Assembly (NCBI RefSeq): GCF_018977255.1
Contig: NW_024704742.1
Location: forward strand, 1,676,001-1,740,000
Direction: 5' to 3'
DNA: 64,000 nucleotides
From: Callorhinchus milii
Taxonomy: Eukaryota
Every line of letters begins with the position of its first letter. The first letter of the stretch is position 1. The position numbers and the translations under genes were made by a program. This document shows positions 61,701 to 64,000 of the stretch, one piece after another. A model generated the notes under the pieces. The model was not told where the DNA came from. It ran no database searches and worked only from the letters and a program-made list of their open reading frames with translations.

Positions 61701-64000
61701 CGGTGGCAATTCAATGAGAAATCGCTGCGGTTTTGTGTTGTCATCGTCCAGATTGCTGACCTGACAACCAATATTATTGTGCCTCGCACTTGGTGCTGTA
61801 TTGCTCTGGGTGTGATGAAAGCTCTCGCTGATCTCAATGAAACCAGATGAATGACACTTGTAAAGTCTGCCAAGCTTTCCCTTAATGAAGCGTGCATTTC
61901 CTGTTCCAGTTTCTATAAAGGCCTTGCTTTCTGTGCTGCTTGGATCTGTGCTGTGCTGTATCTGTTACAGTCACAGTCGGAGCAGGTTGCGACACTGTCA
62001 TTTTTTTGTTTGTTGTCCACGAAAGCACCGAGGGTTTCCGATCGAGACACCCTGCGGAATGTCAGTCACCGAACAAACCACTCACTGCAGCTATTATGCT
62101 GTCAACACAGCATGCATCTGAAGACTTTCAGCTTCGGAGATGGTCGGGAGTTAACTTGCCTTGTTATAAATAGCAAAGGGAGACATACAAAAGAAAGAAG
62201 GGAAAAAGGTGGCTTTGGGAAAGGATATTGAGATGAGCGGAGGTTCACTCAGTGCATAAACACTTCATAATCACATGAGCTTCCGCATGGATGAATTGGG
62301 CTGAATGAATGTTTTCAGTTCTGTAATTTTCTATGTAATCGATGCAGTATCTCACACTGACCTCTCGCAGCTCCACTCAGCTTCCAATTTGTTGCCTGCA
62401 ATCCAGCTTTGCAGAAATGAGACTGGCGTGTGAATGGTGTTCCAGAAGGTCATGTTGAGAAGCACTCGGGGCACCCTGCTCTTTGGGACCCTCATCCTCC
62501 TGTTGTAGAACAGATCAATTTCAAGATCCTCATCCCCATGAACAGAGCTCTTCATGCCCTGGTTCCTCCCTACCTCTCCGACCTACTTACACCCCGCTTC
62601 TCTATCCATCGCCTTTGCACAGCTGGCTCCGGCCTCCTGCACATCCCTTGTCCCATCTGCCTTTGTGTATGTGTACCTTCATAAGGAGCGCTCCTGCTCA
62701 GAAAGTCAGCTTCAAGACAAAGCCTATATTTATAAGAATTAGCGAAATTCTGGACTTCCTACATAAATTTAGACCCAGGTGAAATTTCTCCCCAAAGGTA
62801 CATCTCAAATAGGTGCCATTGGAGGAGATGTCCACTGGAGGATTCTGACCATACCCACGTTAGCATCAAACTTGCTCAAAGAATAGCCTTAATCTTATGT
62901 TTTTGTAAATGATACACACATCTGTGTACAGACGCTGTACATTTGCATGTAAAAGAGTTGCCTCCTTAAATAACTTGATGAAAGTTAGAGCCTTGAATTC
63001 AGAGGTCGATCTCCCCTTCAGATGGCCTTTGTTTTTTTTTTTTTTGGTTCTCCAATGGCTCTTAACAGGCCGTTGAAAGCCATCTTCTCTTCAGTTATAT
63101 TTTTCACATGAAAACATTTCCATACCTCATACCAAGTCCTGTGTGTTTCTTGCGATCGCTGTTCTCTTTGGCAGAACCCTCCCTCCCGCTCCCGGTCCTT
63201 GCATTGGACGGAGAGCCAAGTTGGGCTTGTTTGTTTGCTGAGCTGTGGTTGCCCCGTTCCCTAACGGAGGAATCGATGAATATGCAGAAGGCTTGAGATG
63301 GCTGAGTGAAGGGATCTGAATGAAAATATGCTTTGGATGATTTGACAGTCGATTTTATCTTCCTTCCCTATTCATCAGAAGAATCTCTCTTCTCACCCCC
63401 TCTTCTCTCCCCCCCCACACACACAAATTTGAGTGATTAAATACCATCATTACACAGCATCATTAACGAAAGGAAAGGAGGGGAAGTGGGGAATAAATTA
63501 AATTTCGCAGAGTCTTCCGGTTTATACAGTGCCCCACTTGATGTATTTGATTTAATACCTTGTTGGAGTGTTGCTACGAATAAATGGACTGAGTGAGAGC
63601 GTCTAGCTTATTAGTCAACATGCTACCACTGAGGAGCACTTAATCTGAAATCGGTGCTTCATTAATGATGCTGTGTAAAGCGACGCTAGACTCATTTGTT
63701 TTAATCCAAATTGTATTGTCTGAAACTGGAGGTTGTCTCCAAAGGTACTTTTATGGATATTCTCCTCAAAGAGTTTTGCTTTGCTGTGTTTTTTTTTTCC
63801 CCCGCTTGGATCTTTTGGATGATCTGAATCAATGCAATACAAATTAAAATTTAGACAGTACCTTTCACGTCGGGAGGACGTCCCAAGGTGTTTGACAGTC
63901 TTGGGAGACTGTGTGGGAGCTGAGGGAGGGTGGAGAGGGGAAAGATCGAGAATGAAACGCATTGAGAATGAAAATGTACGGAAGGAAACCGAATATCTCT

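Noticed and set aside
1..64000. CRISPR array, operons or prokaryotic defence systems
   Set aside because: The sequence is spliced vertebrate DNA, and its repeats are dispersed retroposons and microsatellites rather than regularly spaced repeat-spacer units.

Overview
This is eukaryotic, vertebrate genomic DNA with no prokaryotic features. The repeat content (tRNA-derived CORE-type and Deu-type SINEs, L2 and CR1 LINE fragments) suggests a cartilaginous fish, possibly a chimaera; that assignment is inference. The window holds the 5' part of CCSER1 (FAM190A) on the + strand. The large first coding exon spans 27112-28450 (ATG at 27170) and has an apparent 1-nt frameshift in a C7 run at 27862-27868, probably an assembly error. 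The next coding exon is 185 nt (38203-38387). I could not find the following conserved exon, so the gene probably continues beyond the window. CpG-rich, promoter-like blocks lie at about 18.8-19.5, 20.5-21.2 and 34.1-34.5 kb. The last of these, together with a second acceptor and an in-frame ATG just upstream of the 185-nt exon, predicts a short CCSER1 isoform. The remainder is intronic or intergenic DNA dense in retroposons. Two SINE families with different heads and bodies, plus several L2-type ends, share a 3'-terminal stem-loop whose stem is conserved while the 5-nt loop varies. Other oddities include a perfect 59-bp inverted duplication at 50.2-50.5 kb and a diverged 130-bp direct duplication at 54.8/56.9 kb. 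Repeat boundaries were read by eye and are approximate. Comparisons to known proteins and repeats are from memory, not database searches.
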